Shown piece after piece: positions 25,893 through 40,539 of a stretch of 64,000 nucleotides of DNA. The DNA comes from the human T2T-CHM13v2.0 reference genome, Homo sapiens, in assembly GCF_009914755.1 (NCBI RefSeq), contig NC_060928.1, one strand, 5' to 3'. The notes under the pieces were generated by a model. That model did not search any database. It worked only from the letters and a program-made list of their open reading frames with translations, and was not told the DNA's origin. Position numbers and translations under genes: made by a program. Within the stretch, counting starts at the first letter, position 1. Each line of letters opens with the position of its first letter.

Positions 25893-26754
25893 TCAGATAT
25901 AATAATTTCACACTGAAGCACATAAAAATGCCTATATTATGTAAAGTAGGACTCTGTCCTCTCTAAATCTACAGTTTTATGACCTATAATTATTTCATAT
26001 GGGTGGTAGAAATAGTTTGCTAGAATATCATTCTTTATAGCCAGAAAAAGAACTCTCAAAATTCACAGAATAATTTAAAATTAGCATATATTTAAAGCAT
26101 GTAAATGGCAACATTATTGTTTGAAGCAAAACAAATTTTTTCTGTTTAAAATAGTTATTTGAAACAACATCAATTTTCATGCATATTGGCAGCATACACA
26201 GGGCAAAGATCTTTTCAGTACTTCTTAATCTAAGAGTGCTAGTGTCAGAGTGATACTTCATGAAATGCACCATACTGGGGAGTATGACCATGTTTGATTT
26301 TCAGTAGTATCATTGAGTCTCCTGTTCACCAGCACTCCCAAACCACTATCTAGAAAGAATGCATTTTTACTAGCAGTTTGTTTGCTTCTATTCCTTGTTT
26401 TTACACTTTCCTTTTCTCTGTTCTGATTTTTTCTGCTTCCTCACAAACATTAGTAATTTATAGTTTACTTACATGTTCCACATAATTCCACTAATAATAT
26501 CTCTAATCCAAATAAAAAAATTAGTTGAGGTTGAAATCATTAAGATTTAAGAAATTTATAATGCAATAAGTGATATTGATAACATAAAAATCCTTTTTGT
26601 AAATATTTACTTTGTAAATCTAAAACTAATAAAATACATAATTTGCTTTGCCTAATAAAATCATTAGTTTTACTATATAGCAAATTAAATGGGCTGCACA
26701 ATGAAATATTAGTACTGAAAATGCATTTGGTAAAAATACTAACGGGAATAGAAA

Positions 26755-27654
26755 TGACACAGGATTTGGTGCTGCTTTGCCAGCCAGAAATCTCTGTGGT
26801 CGGTGGTGTCTCTGCCCGGGCTTTGCTCGTGCTTGCTGGGCTCACTCTGTCCACTCAGTCGGGCAAGCTGTGCTTGGCTATTGCTACCAGCCGGGATCCT
26901 GCACCCACCGTGACTCCGGGCTTAGCCTACAGCTGATCTGGGTGTGCCATGACCAGTTTCTGTCTTGGGTGCCGGTGTTTGGATGAAGGGGATGTGACAG
27001 CGACCAAAAACTCTCAGATACCAGCAACCATGGAGCCCCAAGGGATGTTACAGCTTTTTCTCAGGGAGTCCCAAGGTTTAAGCCACCAGGAAGTGTTTTA
27101 GCTCTCATTCAGTCCTGCTGCCCACAGCTTGCTGAGTGGGGGCATGTGGTGCTTAGCGGTTTTTTCACTTCCATAGCTCAGCAAACAGGAGAAAGGGTGA
27201 CAGCCCTTTTCTCACCTGCCATTTGGCAGGTTCCAGTTTCTTTCCCTGTGACCAAGAGGAATGAGGTACACGGACACCAGAGAGTGAGCAAAGCAGAGAA
27301 GAATTATATTCAGTGACAGAGAAGCTCTTGACAACGAGAGGGGACCTGAAGTGGATAGCCCTTTGTCTGAGAGGGGGCCTGAAAATGCGTAGCTGTCGTG
27401 TCTGTGAGGCTGATTCTGGAGCTTTCATGGGCTCAGAATGGGAGAATGAATGCTGATTAGTCCATGGGCGGGCCTGGAAAAAGCAGCTTTTGATTGGCTA
27501 AAAGGCAACGAGGAATTTCTCACTTTAGTTGTGGACTCCATCCGAACTGGCACCTCAGTTTTCAGGCTTCGGGCTGTCTCTGGCTTGAAGGTCATGTTTC
27601 CCTGGGGACCTGTTTCTGTCTGCCTTGAAATTTGTCTGTCTGTGGCATCTATCA
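26755..27654 (-). mobile_element. ERV1 solo LTR of the LTR27/LTR28/MER52 group
   Basis: TG...CA termini. The reverse complement starts tgatagatgccacagacagacaaatt...gaccttcaagccagagacagcc.gaagcctgaaaac. GC-rich island in an AT-rich background. Confidence 0.75.
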
Positions 27655-29489
27655 ATACTTTAGCTTTATTTTTCTCAAATATGTGATAATCACAATATCA
27701 GTTTGTATTTTCCTGAGCATGATGGAATATATGCAAATACTTTCTTCATTTACTATAAAATAATTATTTTATCCCTTTATGTGGAGAATTTCAGTTTGTA
27801 CTCCAAATACACAAAGGTAAACTTTCCTTTAGATACTGGTTTTGCTATGTATCATGACTTTTTATGTGTAATGTTATTATTATTCCCTTTACTTGTTCCT
27901 TTTTCAGATGAAATCAACTTGCTTTTTTTTGGTCATTATTTTCAATACCTTAAATATTTCATATATATTAGCTCCATTAGCATTTGTGACCTTAAATGCA
28001 AATTTAAATGTGCAAAAACAAAAATAAATTCATTTGGTATTATTTCTCTAATTATATACCAATGATAACAATTTGCCAGTTATGATAGTTTAATGGACTA
28101 CAAGTAATACATAAATAAATTATGTAAAAAGATCTGGTTTCTTCCTTAAGAAAACTAAATTTTTATTTGAATTTAAAACATGCTATACCCTCATTCTTGA
28201 ATTTTGCACAATTTACACATATGGGCTCTCCTTCGCCATTCTCCATTATAAATGTAATATATGAAAAAATATTTTATCTCAGAACATAAGCTGATATGTG
28301 AATAAAGATCATACTATTATTAAAGATAAAAAATCCATATACTTACCATGAGCTACTTTCAGAGGTACCTGAGATACTGTGACATTATGTTTTGAGACAA
28401 TTAGATTTTTAGTTTGTATTAACATTGAATATTCAGAAATTATTCTTAATTAAATATTTGCCAAAGATTTAAAATTAAAATTAAAATTTCCAAGGATTTA
28501 AAATTCCAAAGAGTCCAATGTTTCTCCTTCTTATAAGAACATTTGGTGTTGTTTGTTTAAATAATAAATTTCATAGTTGATATTAAGTATAAATAATAAA
28601 AATTATATATAGTACTAGATGAACTATTTAAAGTGTTAGAGATTTTACTTTAAGGAACATTTTGGAAGCTTACATAGTTGAACAAAAATATAGTTTAGTA
28701 TTCCCTGCTTTCCCTCTTTTTTTTAGGATGCCATTCTGCTATCCTAAAAATGTATATGTGTAGGTTACATTATACATTATGTATATGTGTATACATAATG
28801 TGTATGTATGGTTCCCGTATTTTATCTAAATTGAATTTTATATAATGGGATATAGTATTTTTATAAAGTTAGCATTTGTGACCTTAAATGCAAATTTAAA
28901 TGTACAAAACAAAATTTGATATTTTTTAACATTTAATATTTTAAAACAAAATGTAATATTTTAATAAAATATTATATTTCATCTTAATTTTTTATGATAA
29001 CATGTTGGTGTTTGCACAATATTGCAATGTGATGACTTTTATTCCAACATGAATAAAGTCTTCATTTATCTGAAGATTGAAATACAAACAAGCCAACAAA
29101 AAACCCTGGATTTTTTAATTGAAAATTAATGGCCAAAATATCTATTTTTTTTCCACAATACAGTTTTGAAAGAAAGTTTTCTCTCCATTCGGTTTTATAA
29201 AGTTCATGTTTCCTTAAACTCTATAGGCTTTGTATCAACTTTGAACAAAATATGCTATAAATGTGATCCATCTTTGTGGAGGACATATATTTAAAAACAA
29301 ATCAATTTATTGAACAAATAATTGAATGTTTACTTTAGAATCATAAATGTATTTAAATGTATATTTTATTTTCTATGTTTTGTGTTTTGGGTTAGAGCTT
29401 CCTTTTAAAATATTGATGTATAAAATTGTAATAAGAGCTTTTAGCATAATTGCTCCAATCTCTTATTGAATCTTTAAAAGGTCTTTACT

Positions 29490-29650
29490 AAGAACATAGG
29501 TTTGGAGTCCAGTGAGCTATTTCAAATTGTGGCTTGGGCACTTGTTAAATGTGCCTGAGTCTCTTAATCTGTAAAATAAGGTTACTTCAAATGTAAACTG
29601 ATAACTTAACACATAGGGATTTTTGAGGCATTTGTAAATCACTTAGAAAA
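29490..29650 (+). mobile_element. MIR fragment
   Basis: ggtttggagtccag...cctgagtctcttaatctgtaaaataagg core-like motif. Confidence 0.5.
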
Positions 29651-30441
29651 ATCCCTATAATTTTATAAGCTATCAAAAACCATGAGCTATTTTTGCCGTG
29701 TATCAAGGGGCTTTTGGTTTCCTCTTTACAGATATACTGGTCTTTATCTACTTTTAAGATAAAATACAAAAAATAAAAGAGATATAATATAAAACTGAAT
29801 GGCACTCTTTTATTTAATATGTGAAATGTCACTCAAGAATCTTTTGACTTCTCTATCTTAATTGCAACAGTTTTAAAATTTATGTATAGTTTAAATTGCT
29901 ATGTATGTTACTTTTCAAGATATCCAAGTGTTTTAAGTTTTGTAATTCATTCTTTTCTACAATTAGCATACTGTAAATACGTTTCCATATTATTTGATTA
30001 AAAAACAATATATAGAGTTTCAATAGTTCATAAATTTATTAAGTTATGAGTTTCCTACTTGCTAGGCAGATATACCGTGCTGGAGGTATCAAGTAATATC
30101 AAATCATACTAATTAGAGTGAGGAAACTCTCTAAGCATAATAAAGGGAATAAAATCCGTAACTCGACATATAACTAAAGTTTTGCGTATTTATTTTTTCA
30201 AAATTTTGGTAAATTATTTGGAAATATGGATAGTAATTTATTAGGCATGATTAAAATAATGTTCCTACTGAAGTCTTGCTCAACATCTGCCATTTGATTT
30301 CTTCCTATAACACTCTTAAATGCCTCAACATTCTCTATAGAAAACCACCATCTACTTTTGTCTGCTTCTTGCATCTGTTCATGTGTCCTACCTTTAGCCA
30401 CATGTGTCATATTCTATCACTATTTTCTTCCTTGGCATATC

Positions 30442-30785
30442 TGTCTTAGTCCGTTTGGGCTGCTATGATAAACTACCATAAACTGGGTAGTTTAAGAGTA
30501 ACTGAAATTTATTTCTGGAGTCTGGGAAGTCCATGATGAAGGCACCAGCAGATTTGGTGCATGGGGTAGGCCCACTTTCTGGTTCACAGTCAGTGCCTTC
30601 TCCCTTCCACATGGTGGGAGAGGCAAGGAATGTTTCTCAGACCTATTTTATAAGGGTACTAATTTTATTCATGAGGCTGAGATACTCCCAATCTCCCAAA
30701 GACCTCTTCTCCCAATAGTATCAATTTGGAGTTTAGAATTTCGACATATGTATTTGGGGGTTATATAAATATTCTGATGATAGCA
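30442..30785 (-). mobile_element. MSTD/MSTC-like MaLR solo LTR
   Basis: tgtcttagtccgtttgggctgctat...ctgggaagtcc...ggcaccagcagatttggtg...atagca. Confidence 0.8.
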
Positions 30786-31505
30786 AGTGGTTATGAGCTC
30801 ATTGGCAGCAATTAGTTTGTCTTTTTTTATATCCTAATTTCTCATTGTAGGTAATTCATCATATTATTTATATGGCTGCTGAGCAGGAAAGACAAAATTA
30901 TATGACAATATACAAAAGGTTAGCAGAGTAAATATAATGTTTTAAAGTTAGTGTATGTAGGTGAGAAATAACAGTTCTTAAAAAGAAATTGGTTTCTAAT
31001 AAATAATACCTGTAGAATCAATCTTAAGAGGTAAATTTGGAATATTTTCTGAAGACACTGCACTTCTAAGGATACAAGGCAAAATGACTAAGATAACATG
31101 AGTGCACACCTTTCAAAGAACTCTCATACACATAATTGTAGAAATGTCCAAGAATGTACAAATAGTGTAGGTCCTTCAGTGGGATTGGCAGCTGAGAAAG
31201 AGTGCTATTCACTTTTGAGAAATTTCAGAGCTTTCTCTTTAATTATGTCCACATACAAAATAAATTTATCTGCTGGCTTCAGGGTTAACTTGTCATTTAC
31301 CATCACTGAAGGTTTACTTCAGTATTTACAATGAATGTAAGTTTGAAGAGCTTAATAAACAAGTTTTAATTTGAAGAGACCAAATACATGGACAAAAATG
31401 AGCAATGGTGAAAATTGCTAAGTACAGCTGTTGATAACACAAATCATCAGCATATTTCTACATTGGGGGTACAGATTATAAGAAAAACAGTCCATGTCAA
31501 GTATG

Positions 31506-31506
<1 letters not shown>

Positions 31507-31550
<44 letters not shown>
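31507..31550. repeat. (TG)22 microsatellite
   Basis: Uninterrupted TG run read directly. Confidence 0.97.
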
Positions 31551-31554
<4 letters not shown>

Positions 31555-32599
31555 TGTGTTCTGGGGGGAGCCAGAGAGGAGGTACAGCAATAACTTGCTT
31601 ATAACATCATGCATGTGAATATTTCCACAAATTTAGGCAAGGGACAGTCACAAGTATAATTGGGAGCTAGACTAAATAGAAATTCTAATAAACCCTGACT
31701 CTCAGCTTACATAAAAAAAGAAAAGAATGAGGCGTTGGACAAAAGAAAATCCCCCTCTAAGACTACTTGTAGTTCTCGTTGTCACATGTCATAATGGACT
31801 GTCAGATTAATTACTCTTTGTGAAAGAGCCCTCTCAAACTAAAAGCCTGAACAAGTTTAAAAGCATACTGCTAAGTTAAGATAGTAAATAAAACTTCTCC
31901 AAATAATTGTTTTGACCTTAATAATTGCACCATTCACCCCATCCCTGTGCCCCACCCCCAAAAAAGGAAGACATTTGCATCAAGAACAAGAAAGACACAA
32001 AATCCTGAAGCACACCATAGAGGTAGTACAGATAGTTTCTTCTTGCAAGCACTTGACTGATATAGTAGGATGGAATTTCAAAAATTCTCATTAATCCCTT
32101 ACAATATTTGCAAAAATGAAAACAACTTCCTATCCTTATTTTTTGTTACGATCATGTAATTTCAAAGAAGACATAGATCAAATAAGCATTGAGCTTGATT
32201 TTCTTTGCGAAGGAAATAAAGTACTAGAGATGGACAATAATTTGAAGGAAAATATCAATTCAGGAGGTCATTACTCAATGCCAATCGTATGTTGCCACAC
32301 TTCCAAGTAATTGGCGTGATGTATGGAGTTAGATAGTCACCAAAATATCAGGAGAAAGACCATGGTCCAGGTATTCTAACTACGTTTCCAACAAAGTGTA
32401 TAGACCACCTCAACTGAGCTGTGCTGCTCACTATATCTGCTAGAACACATATATGTGTGCACCCATACATGCATGCACACACAAACAATTTCTTCATTGC
32501 AAACCAGGCAGTCCTCACCGAATAACTCAAAGATGAAGAAAAAAAGTCATATATATTTGCATGTATGTGTGTATGTGTGTGTGTATGTATATATAGCAG

Positions 32600-32992
32600 A
32601 AGGTGTTTGACTTAAAAAAAAAAAAAAAAAGAAATGTATTATCTCACAGGTTTGGAGACTAGAATGCTAAGATGACAGCAGCACCAGACTCTCGTGGAAG
32701 GTGATCAGAAAGGACTTCTTCCAGTCCTCTCTCCTAGCTTGTTGTACTTCCTTATCTCTGGTAACCTAACTCCAATCTTCACATTTATAGCTGTTTGTGT
32801 TTGTATCTATGTCCAAATTTCCTCTTCTTATGAGGAAACAGTCGTATTGCATTAGGACCCTCCTAATGACCTCAACTTAATTGATCATGTTCTAAGAAGC
32901 TGTTTTCAAAAACGCTATTTCCAAATTGCATTCTGAGGTAATGGAGTGAGAATTCGAACATATTAATTTTGGGGGAAACAAATGCATACCAC
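32600..32992 (-). mobile_element. MLT1B-like MaLR LTR, preceded by a TG/TA microsatellite
   Basis: agaaatgtattatctcacag...ctctcctagctt...gtccaaatttcctcttcttatgagga...cattctgaggta. Confidence 0.7.
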
Positions 32993-34467
32993 TTCCAACC
33001 ATGAACAAAATGAAAACAAATATAAAGGGTGTTATACATGTGTACTATAATAAATTTAGAAAAAAATGACTTTATAAAGCAACAGACAAAGTGTAAAGCA
33101 ATAGTCTTTTATTCAAAAGAAGCTTTTCTTAAGGCAGGCGATGTGGGGCATATAATAAAATGAAAGTATACTGGGGTATTAAAATAAATATCAAAATGCA
33201 AATCTTTATTTAAAGCAACTGTAATAAAAATTAACATTGCATAAACTTTAATTTGCTGTGAAGGAGAAACTTGACATTAATACTCAGAATGCACATAAAA
33301 ATATATTAAAATGATAAGATGAAGAATGAGAGACTTTGAGAAACAAAAAATCAGAAACAATATACTAACAATGTATCCCTGATTTAAAAGATCAAGACAT
33401 AGAGAATATAAAATTATTTAAATACATGAGAACTTATCTGAGTTATAAGCGCTCAGTCTGTAAATTTCATAGATTTGCCATAATGTCAAATAAAATCAAG
33501 GTAAAATAACAAACATCCAGAAATATGCTTTTAAATCTAAAATAAAAATGATATAATAAAAATAAGTTCCCTGCAGTATATATTAGGAAGCTAACTGGCT
33601 TTTGATTCTGAAATCCAGAACACTGTAAGAGAAAAAGACACCTCTACAAATAGAATTAAGGTCCTTGAATACACATGTTTATTGGATTTTATCCGACAGT
33701 CTTGTTTTCAGAAGTAACCAGGATCTTGAGTTGGATAGACTTTTTTTGTACTCTGATGATTATAAATTTATTACCTATATTACACTAATAAGTTATATGT
33801 AATATTGTTACATATGCTTTATGTAATTATATTAAAATATGTGCATCCTTTGCAACTTGCCTTTTATAGTGAAATGGTAACACATTAATATTCTAAAATG
33901 TATTTCTTGAATTGGTTTATTCTTTCACTCTTAACTGTTAGCTACCCTTCCGTATACATTGCATACTAATTAAGTAATTCCCAGGTCATATTGTACCTTT
34001 CCTTGAACACTCACTTCTTTCATATTCCACATCTCATTTTCAAGTACACTCTCCAGTATAGCTAAGAAAAGATAATTATCCCATGAAAGTAAATAAAATT
34101 ATTAAATATACAAAAAAAACAAAATGCTAATGATGTAAGCATAAATTAAATTGAAATATACTCCCATTTGTTATTAAAGACTGAGAAGATATCTATGCCT
34201 CAATGTGAAACTCCTCACATTAATTACTCAATAGTTTAAAGTCCAAAATATTCCCTTTGTTTTACTTAGTTTTAGCAAGGAGGAAATGGGAAAAAACTTG
34301 GTTCTCTTCAGCAGAAACAGTACCCAGAGAATATGTTCCCCCTTCAGCATCCTCATCAGGTACTTTAAGGTTTTGAATTAATCCAACACCAAGTCCCATA
34401 TATTACCATTTGAAGATTCAAATTCAATTTCACAAAATCAATCTCATAACAAGCACAATTGCTGAGG

Positions 34468-34468
<1 letters not shown>

Positions 34469-34502
<34 letters not shown>

Positions 34503-34503
34503 T
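34469..34503. repeat. (CT)n microsatellite
   Basis: Read directly. Confidence 0.9.
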
Positions 34504-34725
34504 ATTTAGTTCGGATCTGAGAGAAAGACATACAATGGTTGCAAGACATTAGGACCTTCCTTTTTATGGTATAAGAATAAGATATGCTTCCCATGTCCTT
34601 ATTAATATCCACCTTAAGATACTTGGTTTTATTTTGCATACTTAGAACAGCATTTAAGAAATTCCATTGCACTGATAAAATTTGTAGTGATGGCATGCCT
34701 TAATCTTTAAATCTTACTGAGTCTC

Positions 34726-34890
34726 TGTATTAGTCAGTGTTCTCTAAAGAGACAAAACTAATAGGATAGATGTATATATGAATGGGGAGTTTATTAAGGA
34801 GTACTGACGCACAGGATCACAAGGTGAAGTCCCACAATAGGCCTTCTGCAGTCTGAGGAGCAAGGAAGCCAGTCCCAGTCCCCAAAACTC
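34726..34890 (-). mobile_element. Truncated MLT2A LTR (3'-terminal ~165 bp)
   Basis: Homologous to the reverse complement of the 3' end of the MLT2A2 at 20678-21238 (tgtattagtcag.gttctcta...gaggagcaaggaagcc...cccaaaact). Confidence 0.88.
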
Positions 34891-37800
34891 CCAGCATTCC
34901 TATCCCAACAAGGCTGACCTACAGCCTCTACAAACAATTGCAGCTTAATCCATTAAGGAACTAGTAGACACCACTGAGGTTGAAAACAGTTTAAAGAATA
35001 CATTATGTAGAGACTGCATTATTGTGCACCCTCCGAAGTAAACCCAAAGCAACCTACACAATGAATGATATAGTTATGTCTATAGGAGATAGTATTTTCC
35101 TACAAAAGCAACTGTTATACCAGATAAATATATATCAATATAACGACAGAAGAAATATAAAAAATAAGAGATAAAACAGCAAGAAAATTTGAGACCTCCT
35201 AAAGAACATAATAATTCTCTGGTAACAGGTCCCTCCAAAGAAGAAAATTTATCAAATGCCTGAAAAGCAATTAAAAATAATAATCTTAAGGAAACTAAGT
35301 GAGCTACAAGCAAACACAGGTAGACAATTTGGTGTAATCAGAAACAATTCATGATTTGAATGAAGAATTCAACAAAGAGATAAATTTCATCTAAAAAGAA
35401 CCAAACAGACATCTTAGAACTGAAGAACTCATTGAATAAAATATAAACTACATCTGAAAACTCCAACAACTGACTATATCAAACAGAAGAATTTTAGAAC
35501 TTAAAGAAATGTCATTTGTAATAACCTAGATAGACAAAAATAAAGAAATAAAAAATAATGAACAAAGCACTCATGGAATATGGTACACCATAGAGTGCTC
35601 AATTATTCACATTTTTGTTGTCTCAGAAAGTAAAGAGAAAATTAAAGGGATAGAAAAACTATTTTAAACAATAAGACTGAAAAACATCTTAAATTTAGTA
35701 ACAGATTTAGACATTCAAACAGGGAAGCTTAGAGATTTCTAAATAGATACAACTCAAAAAATTCTTCTCCATGGCGCATTATTGACAGACTGTTAAATAT
35801 AAAAGACGAGAGAATTCTGAAAACAGCAAGTGTCTAATCACTTTTAAGGAAATCTGCATCAGACCAACAGTGAATTTCTCATCAGAAACCTTACAGACCA
35901 GAAGAGAATGGGATGATGTACTCAAAGTGCTGATGGAAAACAAACAAACAAACAAAAAAAACAATGAAACATAACAAAAAATCACCTGTGAGTTAAGGAT
36001 ATATCCATCAAATTTACCCTTCATTCACGAAGGATAACTTCAGCCAAGCAAAAGCTGAAGAAATTCATCATCACCAGACAAACTCTAAGAAGTACTCAAG
36101 GAATTTGAAAACTGAAAGTGAAAAAAAAAAAAAAAAAAAAAAAAAAATGATATCTGCCATCATGAAAACATGTGAAAGTATAAAACACATAGGTAGAGCA
36201 AACATGCAAATAAGAAAAAAAAAGACTCTAATATTACTGCTACAAAAGACTATAAAATTATAATTATAAACATTAAGAACATAAAAGAAAAAATTAATAA
36301 AATGGCAGGACTAAGTCCCTACTTATTGGTAATTACCTTGAATTTAAATAGATTAAGTTTAAAAGATATAGCCTGGTTGAATAGACAAATAAGTGACCCA
36401 ACTATATGCTTTCTAGAACAAATTTGTCTTACCTGTAAAGTCACATATGGACTGAAAGTAAAGAGATGAAAACTAAATTTTATGTAAATAGAAACCAAAA
36501 ACAAGCAAGAATAGCTATACTCATATCAGAAAAAATAGACTTTAAGTAAAAATTGTAAATAAAAAGAGACATAGACAGTCATATAATGCTGAAGGGATCT
36601 CTACTGTCAGTATTAGAACGGTCATCTAGACAAGAATCTAACAAAGAAACATTGGTTATAAACTGAACATTAGACCAAATGGACTTAAAAACCTTTTACA
36701 GAGAATTTTTTTTCAGCAGCTACAGAATACACATTTTTTTCTCATTAGAACATAGAACATTCTCTGCGATAAACCATATGATTGGACACAAAAAAAGTCT
36801 CAACAAATTTTAAAATATCAAAATTATCAAGTGTCTTCTCAGACCACAATGGAATACAACTGGAAATCAATAACAACGGAGGCTTTAAAAATTATACTAA
36901 ACATGGGTTTGAACAACATGCTCCTGAATGACCATTGAATCAAGGAAGAAATAAAAGAGGGGAAAAGAAACATCAAAGCAAATTAAAGTCACAACATATG
37001 AAAATCTGTGGGATACAGCAAAAACAGTGCTAAGGGGAAAGTTTATAACAATAAATGGCTATATCAGAAAAGTAGAAAGGTTTCAAATAAACAATCTAAA
37101 GACCCAACTCAAGGAACTAGAAAATCAAGAACTAACCAAACTCCAAATAAATAAAAGAGAAGAAATAATATAAATAATACAGATTAGAACATCAGGACAG
37201 AACTAAATGAAGTAGAGACTTAGTGTGTATATATAAAACACACATGCAGACACACAAACACACACACACAAACACATATAAACCACACGCAAAAAAAATC
37301 AATGAAGCAAAAAGTTGATTGTTGAAAAGAAAAACAAAATTTAAGCTGCTAATTAGACTAAACAAGAGAAAAAAGATAAAACCCAAATAAAATCAGAAAT
37401 AAAAAAGATATAGCTGATACTACAGAAATACAATAGACCAATAGAGACTCTTATGAACAGGTATACACTAACAAACTAGAAAACATAGAAACAATTGATG
37501 AATTTCTGGACATATACTATCTACCCACTTTGAATAAGGAAGAAATAGAAAACCTGAAAAGACCAATAATTTGTAATGAGATTGAGTCAGTACTAAAAAG
37601 TTATTAAATAAAGAAAAGTCAGGATAAGATAGCTTCACTGCCTGTCTTTCCACCAAATTCTACCGAACTTTCAAAAAATTATTGATACCAATTCTGCTCA
37701 AAATATTTCATAAAATTGAAGAGAAAGAAATTCTCCTTAATTTATGCTATAAGGCCAGCATTGCCCTGATATCAAAACCAGACAAGGACACAACAAAAAA

Positions 37801-40524
37801 AGAAAACTATGGGTAAATATCCCTGACAAACCTAAACATAAGAATCCTTAATGACATTCTAGTAAACCAAATCCAACAGCACATCATAAAGGTAATACAC
37901 TAAGTGAGATTTATCTCAGGGATGCACAGATACTTGAAAATATGCAAATAAATAAATGTAATACATCATATCAAAAGAATAAATGACAAAAGCCGTATGA
38001 TCATTTCAATAGATTCAGAAAAAAAATCTGATAAAATTCAAAATCCCTTCTTGATAAAAATGATAAAATAACCATGCATAGAAGGAACAGACATCAACAT
38101 AATAAATGCCACCCATAACAAATCCACAGATAATATCATAGAAAATGGAGAAAAGCTGAAAGAATTTCCTCTAAGAATGAGACCAAGACAAGGATGCTCA
38201 CTTTCACCACTCCCATTCATCATAAAACTGGAAATCCTAGCCAGAGTAAACAGGCAAAAGAGAGAAATAAAAGGCACTCAAATTGTAAAAGAGCAATTCA
38301 AATTGTCCCTTTTTGCAAATAATAAAATTTTATATTTGTAACAAAAACTGAAGATTACAGTAAAAAACCTATTAGAATTGAAAAACCAACTCAAATTTAC
38401 AGGATAAAAAATCAATACAATTTCTATAAGCCTATAATGAACAATACAAAAAATAAACCATGAAAGTAATCTTTTTTATAACAGCTACAAATAAAATAAA
38501 ATACCTAGGAATATACTGAAACAAAGAAGTGAAAGCCCTCTACAAATAAAATTATGAAACACTGATGAAAAAATTGAAGAGTACACCAAAAAATGAGAGA
38601 TATTCCATGTACCTAGATTCAAATTAATATTGTTTAAATGTCCATACTACCCAAAGCAATCTACAGAATCAATGCAATTGCTATCAGAATAGCAATGAGA
38701 TTCTTTACAAAGTAGAAAATCAACCCTAAAATTTATATGGAACCACAAAAGACCCCAAATAGACAAAGAAATACTTGGCAAAAAGAAGAAACCTGGAAGC
38801 ATCACACTGCTCGATTTCAAAATGTATTGAAGAGATAATAACCAAAGCAGCATTGTGTTGCTATGAAAATAGACATATGGACCAATAAAATAGTATAAAG
38901 AACATAGAAACAAATACATTTATTTATAGCCAACTGAATTTTGACCAAGGTGCCAAGAACTTATACTGTAGAAAAGACACTCTCTGAAATAAATAGTGCT
39001 GAGAAAACCGGATATTCATATGAAGAAGAATAAAAACAGATGTCCCCTTTTCACTACATACAAAATCCACTCAAAATGGAATAAAGACTTTTATGTAAGA
39101 CCTGAAACTGGAAATTAATTATATAAAGAAAACATAAGGGAAACATGTCACAACATTGACCTGGGCAAAGATTTTATGAGTAATATTTCAAAGGAAAAGG
39201 CAACGAAACCAAAAATAGACAAATGGAACTATACTAAACTAAGAATATTCTGCATCCGAAAGAAAACAATCATCAGAGAGTAGAGACAAAACGTAGAATG
39301 AGCAAAATATTTGCAAGCTATTTGTTCAACAAGTTATTGATATCCAGAATATACAAGAAACTCAAACAATTCAACCAAAAAATAAAATAATCAGATTCAA
39401 AAAAGGCATAGTATCTGAACAGAAATTGCTCTAAAGAAAATATAAAAATGGTTAACAAGCAGCTGAGTGTGGGGGCACATGCCTGTAGTCCTAGAAATTT
39501 AGGAAGCTAAGGCAGGAGGATCACTTGAGCCCAGGAGTTTGAATCCAGCTTGAGCAACATAGAACCCTGTCTGTAAAATAAATATAATTAAAATAATTTT
39601 GAAATAGCCAACAAGTATATGAAAAAAATGTTGAACATCATTAATCATCAAAAAAATACAAATAAAACCACAATGAGACATCGTCTCACCCAAGTTAGAC
39701 TGATTATTACCAAAAAGACAAAACCCAGTAAATGCAGGAGAGAATACAGATAAAAGGAAACTGTTATACACTGTTGATGGAATTGTAAATTAGTACAGCC
39801 ATTATGAAAAATAGTATGGAGATTTCTCAAAAAACTACAAATAGAACTTTATATAAATCAGCAACTCACTACTGGCATTTTATTCAAAAGAAAGGAAATC
39901 AGTATGTCAAAGTGATGTCTGTACCTTCACATTTGTTGTATCACTACCCACAATAGAAAAGATATGGAATTAATTTTAATATCTATTAGCAAAAAATTGA
40001 TATTGAAAATGAAAAATGTATACAGAATGGAATGCTATTTAGCTAGAAATATATTGGCATTTTATTATTTACAACAATAGATGAGCCTGAAAATTATTAA
40101 GCAAAATAAATCAGGAACAGAAGGATAAACACCACATATTCTCACTCATATGTGAGAGCTGAAGGAAATTGAGCTCATAGAAGTAGAGAATAGAATTGTA
40201 GTTATTGAAGGCTGAAAATGGTCAGGTGGAGGCAAGGTAGAAAGAGGTTGGCCAGAGAATACAAAATTACAACTAGTTAAGATAAATAAGTTCAAATTTA
40301 TAGCACTTCGAGCGTAGTTAATAACAATGTACCATGCATTTTCAAAAAGCTAGAAGAGAGGATTTTGAATGTTCCCATCACAAAGAAGTGATAAATATTT
40401 GAGATGATGGATTTACTAATTATCCTGATTTTATCATTATAATACTGTATACATATATTGAAACTTCCTTATCTTATAAACGTGTGCAATTATTATATGT
40501 CAACCAAAAATTAAAGAAAAAAGA
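34891..40524 (+). mobile_element. Long old L1 (L1MA4-6-like), 5' end missing, with a FLAM insertion
   Basis: Degenerate ORF1 (~35.3-36.1 kb) and ORF2 (~36.3-40.1 kb). 3'UTR aagctagaagagaggattttgaatgttccc...gataaatatttgagatgatgga, then an A-rich tail. Confidence 0.88.
39461..39600 (+). mobile_element. FLAM (free left Alu monomer)
   Basis: agctgagtgtggggg..catgcctgtagtcc...gaggatcacttgagcccaggagttt, A-rich tail. Degenerate TSD aaatggttaacaag / aaatagccaacaag. Confidence 0.85.
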
Positions 40525-40539
40525 ATATTATTATGCTAT

